Made by a program: the position numbers and the translations under genes. DNA of 64,000 nt from Eremomyces bilateralis CBS 781.70. Its lineage: Eukaryota. Of this stretch, positions 26,035-39,933 are shown one piece after another (position 1 is the first letter of the stretch; the number at the start of each line of letters is the position of its first letter). The notes below the pieces were generated by a model, which saw only the letters and a list, made by a program, of their open reading frames with translations, searched no databases and was not told the DNA's origin. The stretch is taken from the NCBI GenBank assembly GCA_010015585.1, contig ML975150.1; one strand, 5' to 3'.

Positions 26035-26791
26035 TCAGTCGCTCTCGCTCCCACTCCCCGTCGGCCCCTCATCATCATCCTCCTGCACCACATCATCCCC
26101 CGCCATCATCGCGAACTCCGCCTTCCGCAACATATCCCTCAACGCTACGTTTCGCGGATCCGCCAGCTCGACCGGCTTCAGCTTCGCCTTGTTTCGTATT
26201 CTTCACTCAGTTAGCATCGCCACTTATCCTGCGGTGGGGACGTCGATAGAAAGAAAAGATGGGTGGTGTGCGTACCTGGGATCACACCCGGCGTCCAGCA
26301 AAATATCCACGATCCGTAACCCCTCGTCCCAGCGTTCTTTCCCGAGCTCGTTGACGTGGCGCACCGCCTTATGCAGCGGCGTGTCTTTCTCCATGCGGTC
26401 GAAGTTGTCGATCTCCAGCCCTTCCTGATCGAGAAGCATGTCGAGCACCTCATCTACCCCCGAACCACTCCATTAGCTAGCCATCCTCTAGAGTATATTA
26501 TCTCGAAGCCCAAGGCGGCTGAGAAGAGATACGTACAGCTCCCATACGTCGCAGCGATATGCAACGCCCCGTTCCCCACGCCGTCCACCGTCCGGTTCAG
26601 CAGGGCCGCGATCTGCGGGGGACTGCGTTGCTGGGCGAGCACTTCGTCGAGGAGGTCGGGGTTGTTGCGACGGCATGATTCGAGGATCAGCTCGCGAGGT
26701 GTGGCCCCCTGGGATGGGTCGGAATTAGTTTACGGGGTCCTGACAGTATATCGAGGAGTGATTATCGGGAAGTACACACCTCGTCAGCCAT
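26035..26791 (-). CDS. Small ankyrin-repeat protein
   Basis: Multi-exon; ESCRRNNPDLL, GNGALHIAATYGS, EKDTPLHKAV, LLDAGCDPR, acidic tail. Confidence 0.85.
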
Positions 26792-27280
26792 CTGAGACGA
26801 TCGGGGGTGGTTACGGGAGGGCGGCGAGGAGCAGGTGGTCAGCGGGGACGGATGTGCCTCAGTCCTCGCGGTGTTGGTGTCGGACAACGCGGGTGGAAAG
26901 GAACTTTGTTAAATCGAACGGTTTGTTAGGTCTAGAGACAGGACAATCGAGGCCGGAGAAGGTGCGAACGAGAGAGAAAGTCTGGTCCTTGAAATAGGAC
27001 AGGAAATAAGTATACGCATGCCGCTTTGCTGCGGTTCGTTCCAAATCCTAGTCGAGACAGGGGGGTGGAGGGTGGAGCTGGAGTTTTGATATCTCGACTG
27101 GATTCTGGAACAACAGAATCAGATCTTGCCCACTTCATCATTTTCCTTTGTATTTCTGGCTTCAACTAAGCTCTACTCCCTCTATACGACTTCCAGGGGC
27201 GAGTCGGAATTCGACCATAGACTGTTGCACTGGTCTATTCATTCTACTCCTCCCAACCCATATCCTAGCCTACCCCGAAA

Positions 27281-27848
27281 ATGTTGCTTTGTACGTCTCT
27301 CCTTCCTCCCTTCCTCCCCCAAACCTCGCCTCAAGCCAATATTCCCTCGCCCTCTCCTAACCACTGCTCCCCAGTCTGCCCCCTCTGCTCCAACCTCCTC
27401 CGCGTCTCCCAAACCCCCACCAGCGCCCTCCCCAGCGGCGACCCCTCCCAGGACCGCAACCGCTTCGAATGCCGCACCTGCACCTACCAGCGGGTCATCG
27501 ACCGCCGCTACTACGAGCGCACGCCTATGAAGCGGAAGGAAGTGGACGACGTGGTGGGCGGGGCGGATCGATGGGATAATGCGGATAAGACAGAAGGTAG
27601 GTTTTGGTGTTGGGTTGGGTTTTTTGGGGGTTTGGGGTAAAGGCTGATGGTGGTAGTGAAATGCGCGAACGATCGGTGTGAAAATATGGAGGCGTATTTC
27701 TATTCGGTGCAGATTCGGAGTGCGGATGAGCCGATGACGAATTTCTATCGGGTAAGTTGGTTGGGGGTTGGTTCGGCGGATTGGGATGGGAAGTTACTGA
27801 CGCTTCTACGACTAGTGTACGACATGTGGCAAGCGGTGGAAGGACTAA
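27281..27848 (+). CDS. RPC11: RNA polymerase III subunit C11 (Rpc10/Rpc11)
   Basis: MLLFCPLCSNLL..FECRTC, KEVDDVVGG..W.N, QIRSADEPMT.FYRC..CGKRWKD; three introns. Confidence 0.95.
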
Positions 27849-29210
27849 GAGGTTGCTTTGGCTTTCTGGAGGTCGGAGATGGTGGAGAGACGTGGGGGGG
27901 CTGGGAGCACTGGGATATGCATTTGTTACATGCATTACATGGAGTTTGGACGGTTGATACGCATTGAGATACCCATTTCGATTTATCTAGGAGTCGGAAT
28001 GCCAAAGGAGCTTACAACCTTATTTGCGAACCGACTGTTGCCAGGATATCATTGACTAGATCTGTATCGCGGGCATGGGTCGGAACCAGCGCCAGTGATT
28101 ATAGTGACGCTCGAACTCATTCCATCGTCCGGCCAAGCTCGTGATATATGCAGTTCTTACCCTACCCCGAAAGAGCGAGTTTGCGTCGTCCCATGCTTGC
28201 TTCAATCGCAAGGCCATTAAATTTCTTGCCACCATCCAGGAATGGCTGGAGGTCCAAGGTCGTGGTGATGATGACCGCGAAGGTTGCGTATCGCCGACTC
28301 GAATCGCCGAAGCCTCAATTACACCCGTACACTTCTTTCCCACTCTATCTCCCAATCCACCGGCCCTCTCATTTCGATTCCAACCAAGGCTTCACCGCGA
28401 TGCTGCCGCCAATTCTCGGTTGCTTGACTAGACATGGAGGTATGGAACGTAGGCTCCCTAGTATCCATCTTCTTCGGGCGACCTCGCCTCGTGGCCAGCG
28501 ACGACGTCGGAGTCCCGGATTCAACTCGTCTTTAAAAAAGGGATGAGAAGAAGCCGTCGAGATTCTCCTGTACCATCCGGGATGGTCGGGTAGGCCTCGT
28601 GCTTGCTCGGGTCCTGAGGGTTCGAAGGGGCTTGGATGTCGATGTTCCGCGCGATGAAAGCGATGCGGAGGATGACTCTGGGGCCGACTTCCAAGGAACT
28701 GACTGTTCGGATGATCAATCCTGCGAAACAGAATTTGAGATGCCCGATTTGACGGATTCGGAGGATTTGGATTTCACACCGAGGGCTGTGGGAAAGATAA
28801 TCCGGGGGTATCAGCGCCAAGCGATGAGGTATCAGCGCCCGAAGGACGTGATCGCACGAGAGCACGACCATCCGGATGGGATCGTAGCGGAGTGACTCTG
28901 GATCATCCGTAGTCGTGGTGCCCCTTGACGTCGAGGCGCCGCATTGTATCCACTTCGGTGGAATCCGCCTGTCGGGTAGGCGCTGTTTCGCTCAGGCTAT
29001 GATTGCCTTGCGCTCGATCATCGGAATGCTCGAGTTGACTAGCACTGTGACTTGGTCGATGTCGTTGTCGCCCCCAGACTGCCAATCGTCGTAGTGGTAG
29101 CCTTTTCAATTTCGTCTCGCATCGATATCCTTCATGGCTCAGCGCCTAGTAAAACAACCTCTGATCGAGTATCCGTGGACGACCGTAGCAATCCACAAAC
29201 AATCTTCCTC

Positions 29211-29537
29211 TCACCCCTCCATCCCCGCCTTCATACCCTCCTCAATCATCTTCAACACCGTATCTGGTGACAGTATATCCCTCCGAAACCTCTCCTCCTG
29301 CAACAGCTCGATCGCGCGCAACGTCGGCCCTGGATACGACAGGTAGCGCGCGTACGCCGGGTCCTTCCAATACTGCAGGTAGGCAAGGTAGCGCACGAAG
29401 GCCGGCTGGTCGAAGTATTTCTGCGCCGCGAGGTGGTTGAGGTACCAGGGGTTGGAGAGTGACTGCACGAACTCGAGTTCGATTTCGAAGCGGGTGTGGT
29501 TGTTGAATTTGGGGGAGGAGGGCGGTGGTGCGGTCAT
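29211..29537 (-). CDS. MED31: Mediator subunit Med31 (Soh1)
   Basis: [36 protein letters not shown]-like..FR. Confidence 0.95.
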   Translation of the reverse strand: MTAPPPSSPKFNNHTRFEIELEFVQSLSNPWYLNHLAAQKYFDQPAFVRYLAYLQYWKDPAYARYLSYPGPTLRAIELLQEERFRRDILSPDTVLKMIEEGMKAGMEG

Positions 29538-29787
29538 GGTGGGCGGTCGGGGAGCTGGTTTAGGGGGAGTTGTTTGAGAACGTGGGATTTGTGGGATGTT
29601 GGGTCGATCACCGTGGTGGTGGTGAAGCCGAAGTTGAGCGTTTCCAATTATCCCCAGCGATCTTGAAAGCTAACGACGTACCGCGTAGCTAAGAGCTATG
29701 AAGCGAGATGACAATCGCGTGCTGAATGTTGAATGCAGGGTCTGCGATGTTTTGCTCTGTGGGGACCGGGGGATGTGTCCGCCAAAC

Positions 29788-29860
29788 TGAAACGGTGATG
29801 ATGTCGCCGATGTCGTGAAACCAAAAGGTGCTCGGAGCAGTGTACAGCCCCTGAGTTTCG
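29788..29860 (+). ncRNA. Candidate box C/D snoRNA
   Basis: Box C GTGATGA 29795-29801, box D CTGA 29851-29854, terminal stem GAAAC/GTTTC in kink-turn register; guide target not identified. Confidence 0.35.
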
Positions 29861-31754
29861 AAAGGGAGAGGAATGGCGTCAACCGACAAGCACGCAGCGC
29901 GATTTTGGTGCTACTGACGAGAAAACCAATCAGGTGAAAGTCGCTGAAAGCCGAGGGCTGGTTTAGTTCGGATTGGTCGCGTTGCTTGTGAGACGGATTA
30001 AAGGTTCTTGATCGCTAATGTCTGCATGGACTGATGGTGAGCGATGCGGATAGGAAAGTGGAAGCATGTGAAGGGTAAGATAATATCATCGGGTTGTGGC
30101 AGATTCACTTGGTTGTTTCAGTTGGTGTAGATGTACCAGAAACCTCCACCCAGCAGTTCAGTTATCACTCAGCGTCACCTTAGCCCTTGCTTTCTCTTTC
30201 CCCACGATGATGCGGTTATTGGGAATAATAGACCAAGCGTGCTTAATTTATTGGTTTCCTCTGTCATTCACTGGAGAAAATGATAATAATTCGAAATGCG
30301 CTAGGCTATCCAAGCGCGGTCGCTTCAGCACTAGTTCCATTAAATACGTGAAGTGAAGGCCGATCAGGGTCACACTGGTCTGCAGATCAGTTGTGAAAGT
30401 GCCGGAGATATCTCGAGTTTCGGGATAGAAGGAGAAAGTGATATTCTCCCCGGTCTCTAGATTTTGGAGGTCAATGTGGAAAAGAGGTTATATGTGCTGC
30501 GGATCAGGGGATTTGGATTCTGGGTCCAGAGTTTAGACCTGCGAAATCCTACTTAGTTGGAGCAGTAGCCAGTAAGGGATGGAATATGAATGCATCCTAG
30601 GACTAGATATTGATTAAATCCCTCTCAGGCTCATGGCAGATCAATGGAACATCCATCATCCCGGACTGTTTCCTGGAGGGACTGGGGAGAGACTGGAAAT
30701 CAAAGACACCAGTTAATATTGATCCGGAAGAGAGGGCAACGAATTGCTTGGTATGCCTTTGTGACTTAATTACCCAGCATATGAAATATCAAATAGCTTC
30801 TCCATTCAGCTTTGCGATATCAAAGTGATCAAGTGAGCACATGCAGCATCGTGCGGGGTCTAGAATCTCTCCGGAGCAATATTCCGTAACTACAGGTAAT
30901 TCAGTTGCACTTACCAATCCGATTTAAGGGCCACAGGTTACAGTAATCAAGGTCAGCAGCTGTTATTTGTATCATTTATTGCCTGCTTAGAGAGATTCCC
31001 AACTGTCCTTTCCACTACGCATTCACTATTGTCTTCACCCCTGATTGAAGTGTTGCCCATTTCAATTTGGTGGCGTTCGCTCCAATTCAGGGTCCCATAA
31101 TCCCATTCCCCTGTAAAACTGCCGATAAAGCCCAAGCAGAGAACTGATGAACATGATTGAGCCGGCGCGGAAAGAGAGCCAGTCCCAGGCTATCCTAAGC
31201 TATCTCAAGCCCAGCCCTTAGCCCAGCGTGTCCAGTCCCCCACCTCCCGCTTCCACGCAACCCTTTCTCCAGCTTAAATCAACCTCTCCCTTTCTTCAGC
31301 TCTCCGCCTCGCCCTGCTGCGATGCTCCGTTCCTTAATAATCCATCTTTGGCTTCATTCAGAGGAATCTCCCATCCCCAATCTATTCCTCTTCCCTTACT
31401 TGCCCCCAGCTGTCCATTACCGCATTCCCAAGCTGACCGTGTGTGCTATATTATCACTTGGACCAGGAAGCTGGATTTAATAGTTCACCCTCCGTCCCAC
31501 CAACCATCGCATTTTCACTTCAAACACCTTAGATTCACCTGTCCTCCCACCAGCTCTTATCTGTCCGTTAGCCGGTCACAGCATCGTATTAACCGTCTGG
31601 ATCCCGTACCTGGACGTTTCCAATCCCGTCGCCGCTGCCGCTATCCGCCCGCTGGAGATACTAACCTCCTGGAGCGTGTCGCGCAAGGACTACACTATTC
31701 AACTGCTGTGCTCGTGAGCGAGATCACCGAAGTCGCCTGAGCACCTCGGAAATC

Positions 31755-34110
31755 ATGTCGCTCGCACCACCCCCAAGTTCAGGGCCAGGTATGTTGGTTT
31801 GCACGCTACTTCACTACCGTATTCACCTTCACTTTCACTTCCGTCGAGCGCGCCAAGTCGGGAACATCACTTCACTGTGTGCATCCAACCAAGTCCAAGA
31901 TCTGTCGCGGGTGAATCGGGTCGTCCATGTCCCTTGCCACAAAACATGCCCAGCTGGCAGTTTCCTTGTTGTCATTCCCTTCTGAAACAAACCATCCCCG
32001 ATCGCCCAACTTCTTCCCTTTCAGAATTATGATCTGCACTTTTCTCTTGAAACCTGAACGTTGAATCCTGAACTCACTCTCCTCCTCTTAAATAGACAGG
32101 GCCGCGTCGACCCTGAGTCTCGAACTCCCCTCCAACAACCCATTCCGCAAATCCAGCATCCCTTCCCCCGCGATCCCGTCGCCTGATAGCCTCCCTCCAA
32201 ACGGCCGTCCGGTGTCTCGCAATCCCTTCCTCGCCGACTTCGAGCAAGCAACCGAACCGACCCAGAAATCGGAGAACGCGCCGCTGATTCGTACCATGTC
32301 GCCGCCGGATCGGTCGTCGCCCGTGAAGACGAGTTTTGGGAAGGATGCAAAGGACTCGTTTGTATGTATTCGCCCGATTTCCCCTTTCTCGTTGATCCGG
32401 GTATCGTTTGAGCTGCCAAAAATCGTGGGCCCATGTTTCAATCAGACAGCTCCTAGCAGCTGTGCAACCGATGGTGTAAACTGTTCACTTCGCAGATTCA
32501 CCTTCCAGCTTCACCTCTCAGTTTCATCTTCATCATTCCCGGAGTTCATTGATGAGTTCACATTCATCCAATGGCTTCCATACTCTCCACATCATCAGCC
32601 GTCATGGACGAGAAATTCCAGGAGTTCAGTCGTACTTTTGCTAACTATCCGCTTCTAAAGGAGAATTTGAGCATCAATGAGAAACCACCAATTAGGAGTG
32701 AGTTGCACGACACATCGTTTGTGACGTTTGCTCATATTCCATAGAACCAAGCCCTCAACCGCCGAGTCGCTCCGGCACGGGTCCACTGAACACCCATCGT
32801 TCAGCTCTTTCCAACGAAGCGGGTAAGCCCACTTCACGTGGTCCTCCGCGTCCTCGTCGAGGGCCCCGTGATCCATTCGACTCCCCCGAGAAGTCGGAGA
32901 ATCGCCGACCTCGACGAAACTCGGACTCTTCCATCACTCCCGTGAAACCCTCGGGTGACGATGACCGACGACGACGAGAGAGGAAGCATCGGGAAAGTTC
33001 GCGGGCCAAAGATGGGAAAGATGGCAAAGGCACCAGAGACCCACGAACGGGTCGCATGAGGAAGCCGGGTGGTTTTGATACGATCGACAACCTGGATGTC
33101 ACAGGAATCTACGGCTCCGGACGTATGTATCTGCAGCAACTCCCTCGAAACCCAACATGCTAATGTAACCAGTGTTCCATCATGACGGTCCCTTCGACGC
33201 CTGCAACCCGCACCGCAACCGCCGCCGCGACCACAAGGCCCCCATGGAAGCCTTCCCCGTCAACAGCGCCAATAACGTTCTCGGCCCCTCCGGCCCCGTC
33301 AACAAAACCTTCAACATGGACCAATTCCACGGCACCGTCCCCGAAGGCTTCACCGACTACAACAACACCCAGCGCCCTCACAAGGCCCAGCGCGGCGGCG
33401 TCTTCAACCCTGTCGAGCGCGCCGAGCAAGTCCACGGCGAAGAGACCTTCGGCCTCGGCACCTCCACCTTCCTCGAAGGCGCTCCGGCCTCCCGCGCCGC
33501 CATACAGCGCCGTGAGTCCGAAGCCGAGGAGAAAGCCCGCCTCGCCGCCCTCGACCCCGCCGGCGGCCTCGGCCGCAAGAAATCCTTGGCCCAGCGCATC
33601 CGCGGGATCAGCGCCCCGCGCCGCTCCGTGTACGATGCTAACGGCGTGAAGATCAGCAGCCCCGAGGCGCGGTTCTCGGCGGCGGTGACGTCGCCGATGG
33701 GGCAGACGCCTGGATCGGGGCCCGAGCGGTCGAAGACGACGGGCGGGATGAAGACATCGGAGAAGAATCCGTTCTTCAACGAGTACGACGATGCGTACGA
33801 GCGGAAGGGGGCGGCGATCGCGCTGGCGAGGGGGAGCGGCGAGGAGCCGCGACGGTCGTCGGTGCCGGCGGTACCGGCGGTGCCAAAACTGATCCCGGTG
33901 CAGGATGAGATTAGCGTGGTGAAGCCGGGGGGCGAGAAGGTGGCGAGCCCAACGAAGGTGACGGCGAATCCGCTGGAGCGGCGGACGACGACGGATGGGG
34001 TGGGAGCGGAGCCGGAGAAGGAGAAGGAGAGTGTGGAGGCGGTGCAGAAGGCTCGGGAGGGGTTGATGAGTCGGATGAAGAGTTTGAAGGGAGTGAGGAG
34101 GAAGCCGTGA
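31755..34110 (+). CDS. PAL1: Pal1 family cell morphology/endocytosis protein
   Basis: Five exons; SNNPF and SRNPF motifs, DTIDNLDVTGIYG, FHHDGPFDACNPHRN, HGEETFGLGTSTFLEGAPAS, GLGRKKSLAQRIRG. Confidence 0.9.
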
Positions 34111-35210
34111 GGTGGGACAAAGAGCGGATTGATTAATTGACGAGAGAAGATGGTGATGGGTGGGATGATGGACGACGATATTACACTACCCAGAAAGGAA
34201 ACGAGGAACGCGAGTGGTGGCTGCGCATGGATGGATGGCATTGGTATGGCAACGAAGACTTGCTGACCACGCTTGGGCCGTACGTCTGGTTGGATCCGCA
34301 TCCAAGATGGCGACTGTTTCCTTCTTCCGCATCCCCGCAGGAGATGGTTGGAAACGATGCTGCCCGACGAGATGTCTCTACTTTTACGTCGCCAGACGAG
34401 ACATCGCCTGGTTCATCTCGAATAACCCCTGAGGATGCCAGGTGGACCTCTGGCGCTAGACTACACTGCACTGGGCATGGACTGGTTGTTTATTCTACCT
34501 TACCTGACAGAAGAGATATTCTTTCTTCGATGGCGTATTTGTATCAAGACTTTTCCATGGATACTAGAATGGTTCATGATGAATTCATCTTTTTCCCCTT
34601 TGTTCGGTTGTTGCGAGTGAGGAACGTGAAGTTTTGAGCGTTCACGATGCTATTGTTTATATGTCCAAGTTCAACGGTTGCCTTCATCTGATCTCTATTT
34701 GCCGTATCCGATGCCTTCATTTCCGTTGCTTCTATTGCACCTGCCTGATCTTCGCTAGACATTGAAACATCAAATGCTATTTCGTTCACTTTCCATGTCG
34801 TGCCTAACCGGAACAATAACCCCCAGACACCGAATTTCACTGGAAACCGATGCCCGACTGGATTCGCTCTCGCTGAATCTATTTGAATCCATTTCTAACT
34901 GAACATATTACCCGGACTAATTAAGATAGGTTGCTTAAAACAGCTTGGCTACGGTGGTTATAACCGATTGGACGCCTTCAGCCGTCGCCATTATGAACCT
35001 ACTAGCCACCTGCACGTTTTCGTTCCCCGACAGTATCATCCTATCCACGCTTGCCTTCCTCGCCCGTCTCACTGCGGGCTGCCTCTCGAACAGTACCTTG
35101 TAACCGCATCTGACCACATCCAACTTATTCCACCACCTTTCGTTCCCACTTTCAGAACCACCAGTACAGTACTAACAGTCAAGCATCGCATCAATTAACG
35201 TCTTCAACTC

Positions 35211-35796
35211 TCATGCAATCCGTTGTGATAACTCAAACGCATATCCCACGCTCGCCAGCACGCTCGCCAAATTCACCAACGACGACACCCCATGCAACAC
35301 CCCAAACCGGCGATTCAGCGCCCTCATCTCCCCACTCACCGGCGCATCCCGCCCCTCCCCCGCCCGCTTCCCCTCCCTCGTCTCCTGTGCCTTCCGCCGC
35401 CTCATCGCTGCGTTCGTCATCGGGCCCAACACCGCTTTATTCACCAACCCCCCCAGGAACATGATGGCGAGGAGAGTTTTCGTGGCGAGGGTGCCGTGGG
35501 CGAGGAGGGCGCGCGGACCGGAGCTGGAGGTGGAGGGGGAGGGGTAGGTGAGGGCCATGGCAAGGGGGAGGGCGGTTTGGATGGTGAAGTAGATGGGGAA
35601 GGAGGCGGATTGGAGAGCGGAGAAGTGCGGGCGGGGGAGGGTGCGGAAGGAAAGGATGCTGGCGACGAAGGTGTTGTAGAGGTTGGCGCCGAGGAGGGTG
35701 CCGTAGCTGGTCGGGTCAGTAAGATGGATGGATGGAGTGGGGATGGGGAGCGAACCTGAGGATGTGGTAGGGGGTTGGGGATAAGATAGCATCCAT
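35211..35796 (-). CDS. TMEM205/DUF4149-like membrane protein
   Basis: MDAILSPTPYHILS|YGTLLG..F..LPRPHFSALQ..FPIYF; C-terminal LNRRFGVLHGVSSLVNL; one intron. Confidence 0.85.
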
Positions 35797-35997
35797 CTTG
35801 TCTATTCAGAGGCGTTTATTACTTCTATATGGGTATAGTTCTGTTCTTTGTTGTTAAAGAAACGACTGGAAGCTGGTGAGACTGACGACGTCCAACTGGT
35901 TTCCTGGTGACTAGTGATGGTATGAAAGCTGCCAATCAAAGGACATGGAGCTTTGGAAATCCGGGGTCCGAGACGTTGAAAGCCTGGGCACGTGATA

Positions 35998-36036
35998 ACG
36001 CGTTGAATTAGTCGACGCTAAAGGGCCAAGACGCGT
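35998..36036. promoter_or_regulatory. Two MCB (ACGCGT) elements upstream of KU80
   Basis: ACGCGT at 35998-36003 and 36031-36036, 150-190 bp upstream of the ATG; MCB/Mbp1 control is typical of fungal DNA replication/repair genes. Confidence 0.5.
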
Positions 36037-36185
36037 CTTCGTCATGATCGTAGTGTGATAGTCTGTGACCGCGTCTGCCTACGAACAGAATTACCTAGTA
36101 TGATCATTGAATGGTCCCTCAATGTTATAAATAATACTTTATATGACTACAATGCATTGAACTAACTCCTTAAGACACAATCACC

Positions 36186-38616
36186 ATGGCGGAAAAGGAG
36201 GCAACGGTCTACATCATTGATGTGGGGAGCTCGATGGGAGAGATTCATCATGACCGAACCCAATCCGACCTCGACTGGGCGATGCAATATGTCTGGGACA
36301 AGATCACTGCAGCTGTATGATACAGAATCGCTCTTGTATAGTATGGGTCTAATCACCAAGCCAGGTCGCAACAGACCGCAAAACCCTCTTCATGGGTGTC
36401 ATTGGTTTACGCACCGATGGCACCGATCATCTGGACAATCTGTCTGCCGATGATGGATATCAAAACATCACGATCTTCCAACCCCTAACCCAGACAAAGA
36501 TGCCGGAGATCCGCAAGTTGACCGAAGATCTGCACCCCTCGCGCACCAACGAAGGGGATGCGATATCCGCCATCGTCATTGCGATCGAGATGATCACCGC
36601 CCATTGCAAGCGGCTCAAGTACAAGCGAAACATCACCCTCGTCACGAACGGGACGTCGGGCGTCTATGCAGATGACCTGGATGAGATTGCGAACAAGTTA
36701 AAGGATGACGGGATCGAGCTCGTGGTGCTCGGAGTCGATTTCGACGACCCGGAGTATGGCTTCAAAGATGAGGGGAAGAAAGGGGAAAAGGCAAAGGTCG
36801 AACAGTCGCTCCGAAGTCTATGCGATGCCTGCGATGGAGTCTACGGAACCATGGCGCAGGCCATCTCGGAAATGGCGGTTCCACGCGTGAAATCGGTTCG
36901 GCCTGTCCCATCCTTCAAAGGCTGGCTCACGCTGGGCGACCCCGATAAATACGATTCGGCGATGGTCATAGACGTGGAACGCTATCCACGAGTGATGGTA
37001 GCTCCGGCGCCTCGCGCTAGTCAACACGTCATCAAGACCGGTATAGATCTAGATGCCACGCAGACGGGAGAGTCGGCCACGCTAGAGGGTGAGGGGACGG
37101 GTAGCCTAGGAGAGGGTATCTCGGCGATCAAGCAAGCGCGATCATACCAAGTTGAAGACAATGAGGCCCCTGGAGGTAAACGAGACGTTGACAAAGATGA
37201 TCTGGCGAAGGGATACGAATATGGTAGGACCGCCGTTCACATTGACGAGTCCGATATGAACATTGTCAAGCTGGAAACGAAGGCACGGCTAGATGTCATC
37301 GGTTTCGTTGCCCAAGAACAGGTCAGTGATGGGAGCACAACAAAGATGCGGCTACTGATGGTTATGGCAGTTCGAGCGTCACCTAGGAATGTCCAGGTCC
37401 AATGTCATCATCGCCACGAGAATCTCGGAGAAAGCAGCCATGGCCATTTCTGCGTTCATTCATGCGCTATTCGAAACAAGCAGCTATGCTATCGCCCGTC
37501 TTGTTCCGAAAGACGGCAAAGATCCGCACCTCGTGGCTCTTGCGCCGTCGATTGAATCGGATTATGAATGTCTCCTCGAGGTGGAGCTTCCCTTCAATGA
37601 AGATATTCGGACATATCGGTTCCCTCCTCTCGATAAGATCGTCACGGTATCGGGGAAGAATGTCGTGCAGCATCGATATCTCCCTAATGACGAACTGATG
37701 AAGTCCATGAGTGATTACGTCGATGCCATGGATCTGTCGACACTTGCCTCAAAAACAGAAGAGTATGTGCTCCCTTACACTCTAGGGGCTTGGCTAACTC
37801 CATTCTCTCGTCGACAGTGGCGAACAAGAGTACGCGGCATTAGAGGATACGTACTCGCCAATGATCCACCGCATCAAACAATTGATCGCCTGGAGAGCCG
37901 TTCATGATTCAGAACCGGCGCCTCCGCTACCCGAGAATTTAATACGATACTCTGCCCCTCCAAAAGAGCTTGTGAAGGCTGTGGAACGGAAGCTTGAGGA
38001 CCTCGTGGTGGCTGCAAGCGTCAAGAAAGGTAAGTTCATACGCAATCCCCCCTCGTGCAAATACCAACCTCTCAGTCCCCCCGAAATCCAAAGCCCGCAA
38101 ACGCGCCAGGTCACCCGAAAAACCCCTCTCCGGCCTTGACGTCTCGTCCCTCCTCTCAACCACCCACCCACCCCGGAAGATCAGCCGCGAGAACGCGATC
38201 CCAGAATTCAAGCAACTCCTCCGAACCGCCGGCGGCGCGGCGGACATCCACTCCGCGTGCCAGCAGCTCGGGCTGGTCATCGCCAGCTACGTCAAGCACA
38301 GCCTCGGCAATGCGGGCTACGAGCGGGCGATCGAGGCGCTGCGCGTGTGCCGCGAGGAGGCGATCGAGTTGGAGGAGCCGGGCGCGTACAACGCGATGCT
38401 GCTGGAGCTGAAGCGGAAGTTGTTGGATGGCGAGTTGGGCGAGGAGCGGAGGGAGTGGTGGTGGAGAGTGCGTATGAATCCGGTGGGGGTGATTGATAAG
38501 AAAGTGAGCGAGTTTTCGGAGGTAGAGGTGGAGGAGGGGAGAAAGGTGAGTCGGGTTGCGTGGTTGAGGGTGATTATGCTGACATGTCGAAGTTGATGAC
38601 ACTTTCGGGGCCTTGA
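36186..38616 (+). CDS. KU80: Ku80 (NHEJ DNA end-binding subunit)
   Basis: [14 protein letters not shown] (vWA), [57 protein letters not shown]; five introns. Confidence 0.96.
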
Positions 38617-39030
38617 TGCCTCTCGGCCCGATTACGATGATCTTAATCTTCTAGTGGAACGCCAGGCATGGTATCGCTGCAATGGAAGCACGCTGCAATG
38701 GAAGTATAAGGGCTCTCCTTGCCACACACATATCTGTGGATTGTTGGTTTAATGTTGGAGCTGCCCACTAATGCAGTGAAATTCGACTTAGGATAAATCC
38801 GCCCTGATCGGGTGATGTCCTCATTCAAGTAGCTGAGATCATTCCCATTCAATGGACTTGGTCAGTCAGGGCATAGGGTCAATCCTTCTAGGGACAGGGG
38901 GATATCCGCTCAGTATTGTCGAATGAAACCACAACATGTGCACCAGACTCAGCAATAGTAAGGACTGACTGGCATGCAACGCCTAATAAACTCCAAAGAA
39001 CCACGCTTCCAAACAAATTACTCGCAATCC

Positions 39031-39650
39031 CTACCGCCCATCCGGCACACAAATCGCCTTCCCCACCCGCAACCGATCGCACTCCATCCCCGGATTCACC
39101 TCCATCAAATCCTGCAACCCCACCCCCGCTCTCTGCACGATCTCCCAGCACGTATCACCCCGCTGCACGACGTATGCATGACTCCCATCCGCGCAGCGCA
39201 GCGGCGGCTCCGGCGTCGACCCGGGCCCGGTGTTCACTAGTTTGAACAGCAGGAACAGCACTAGCACGACGAGGAGGAGGAAGGGGAGAAGGTAGCGCCA
39301 GGCTTCGCGGTTGCCTTCTTTCATTGCTTCGTCCTAGACTCGGGGTTAGTATCGCTTCAGGTGGGATGCATGGGACGTGGGAAGGGGAACCATACCTCTT
39401 CCATTGTCATAGGTCGCGGTTCCGACCCATATGGTGTTAATCGTCCATATCGAGCTCCCGCCGGACCCTGGAAGAGCGCGCCATTCGAGGACTGGAAGGT
39501 ATGCCGTTGCGTGTCGGCGTCATATCCGACTCGTTGCATCCCGTCGGGGAGACGTTGATCGTCCTGGTTGGTGGTCAACAGGGAGCGGTGGAGCGACGAT
39601 GCTGACTCCTAGATGGTACTTACGGATTCTCTGTCTGTCCAGCGGCCCAT
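39031..39650 (-). CDS. LysM (CBM50) membrane-anchored protein
   Basis: MGRWTDRES|DDQRLPDGMQRVGYDADTQ; TM segment WRYLLPFLLLVVLVLFLLF; C-terminal YVVQRGDTCWEI..L..VNPGMECDRLRVG..ICVP. Confidence 0.88.
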
Positions 39651-39933
39651 TTTGTCCGATTTGTGTGATACTTTTTGATTTCAAGAGATATGTGTGCTTG
39701 GGGTAGGTTGCTGTCTGTTGTTAACGGTGACAATGGTATCTGAGACACAGCCTACGTCAGCCAACAAGGGTCTGGTGGGCTGCCTCTTTATGGTATGGTA
39801 AGTCTTTACCTTCAAGGAGCCATAATTAACTACGGAGTTCTTCTACGGAATACAAGTAACCTCATCCGTTACATATCATCTACCGCTACATGTCTATCAT
39901 GTCTTTCACGCTCATTACATCGTTATTGGATTA

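Noticed and set aside
28148..28895. Two adjacent ORFs with a TTTAAAA slippery-like site at ~28531
   Set aside because: The -1 frame stops within ~20 codons, the downstream ORF is in the +1 frame, and no domain is recognisable.
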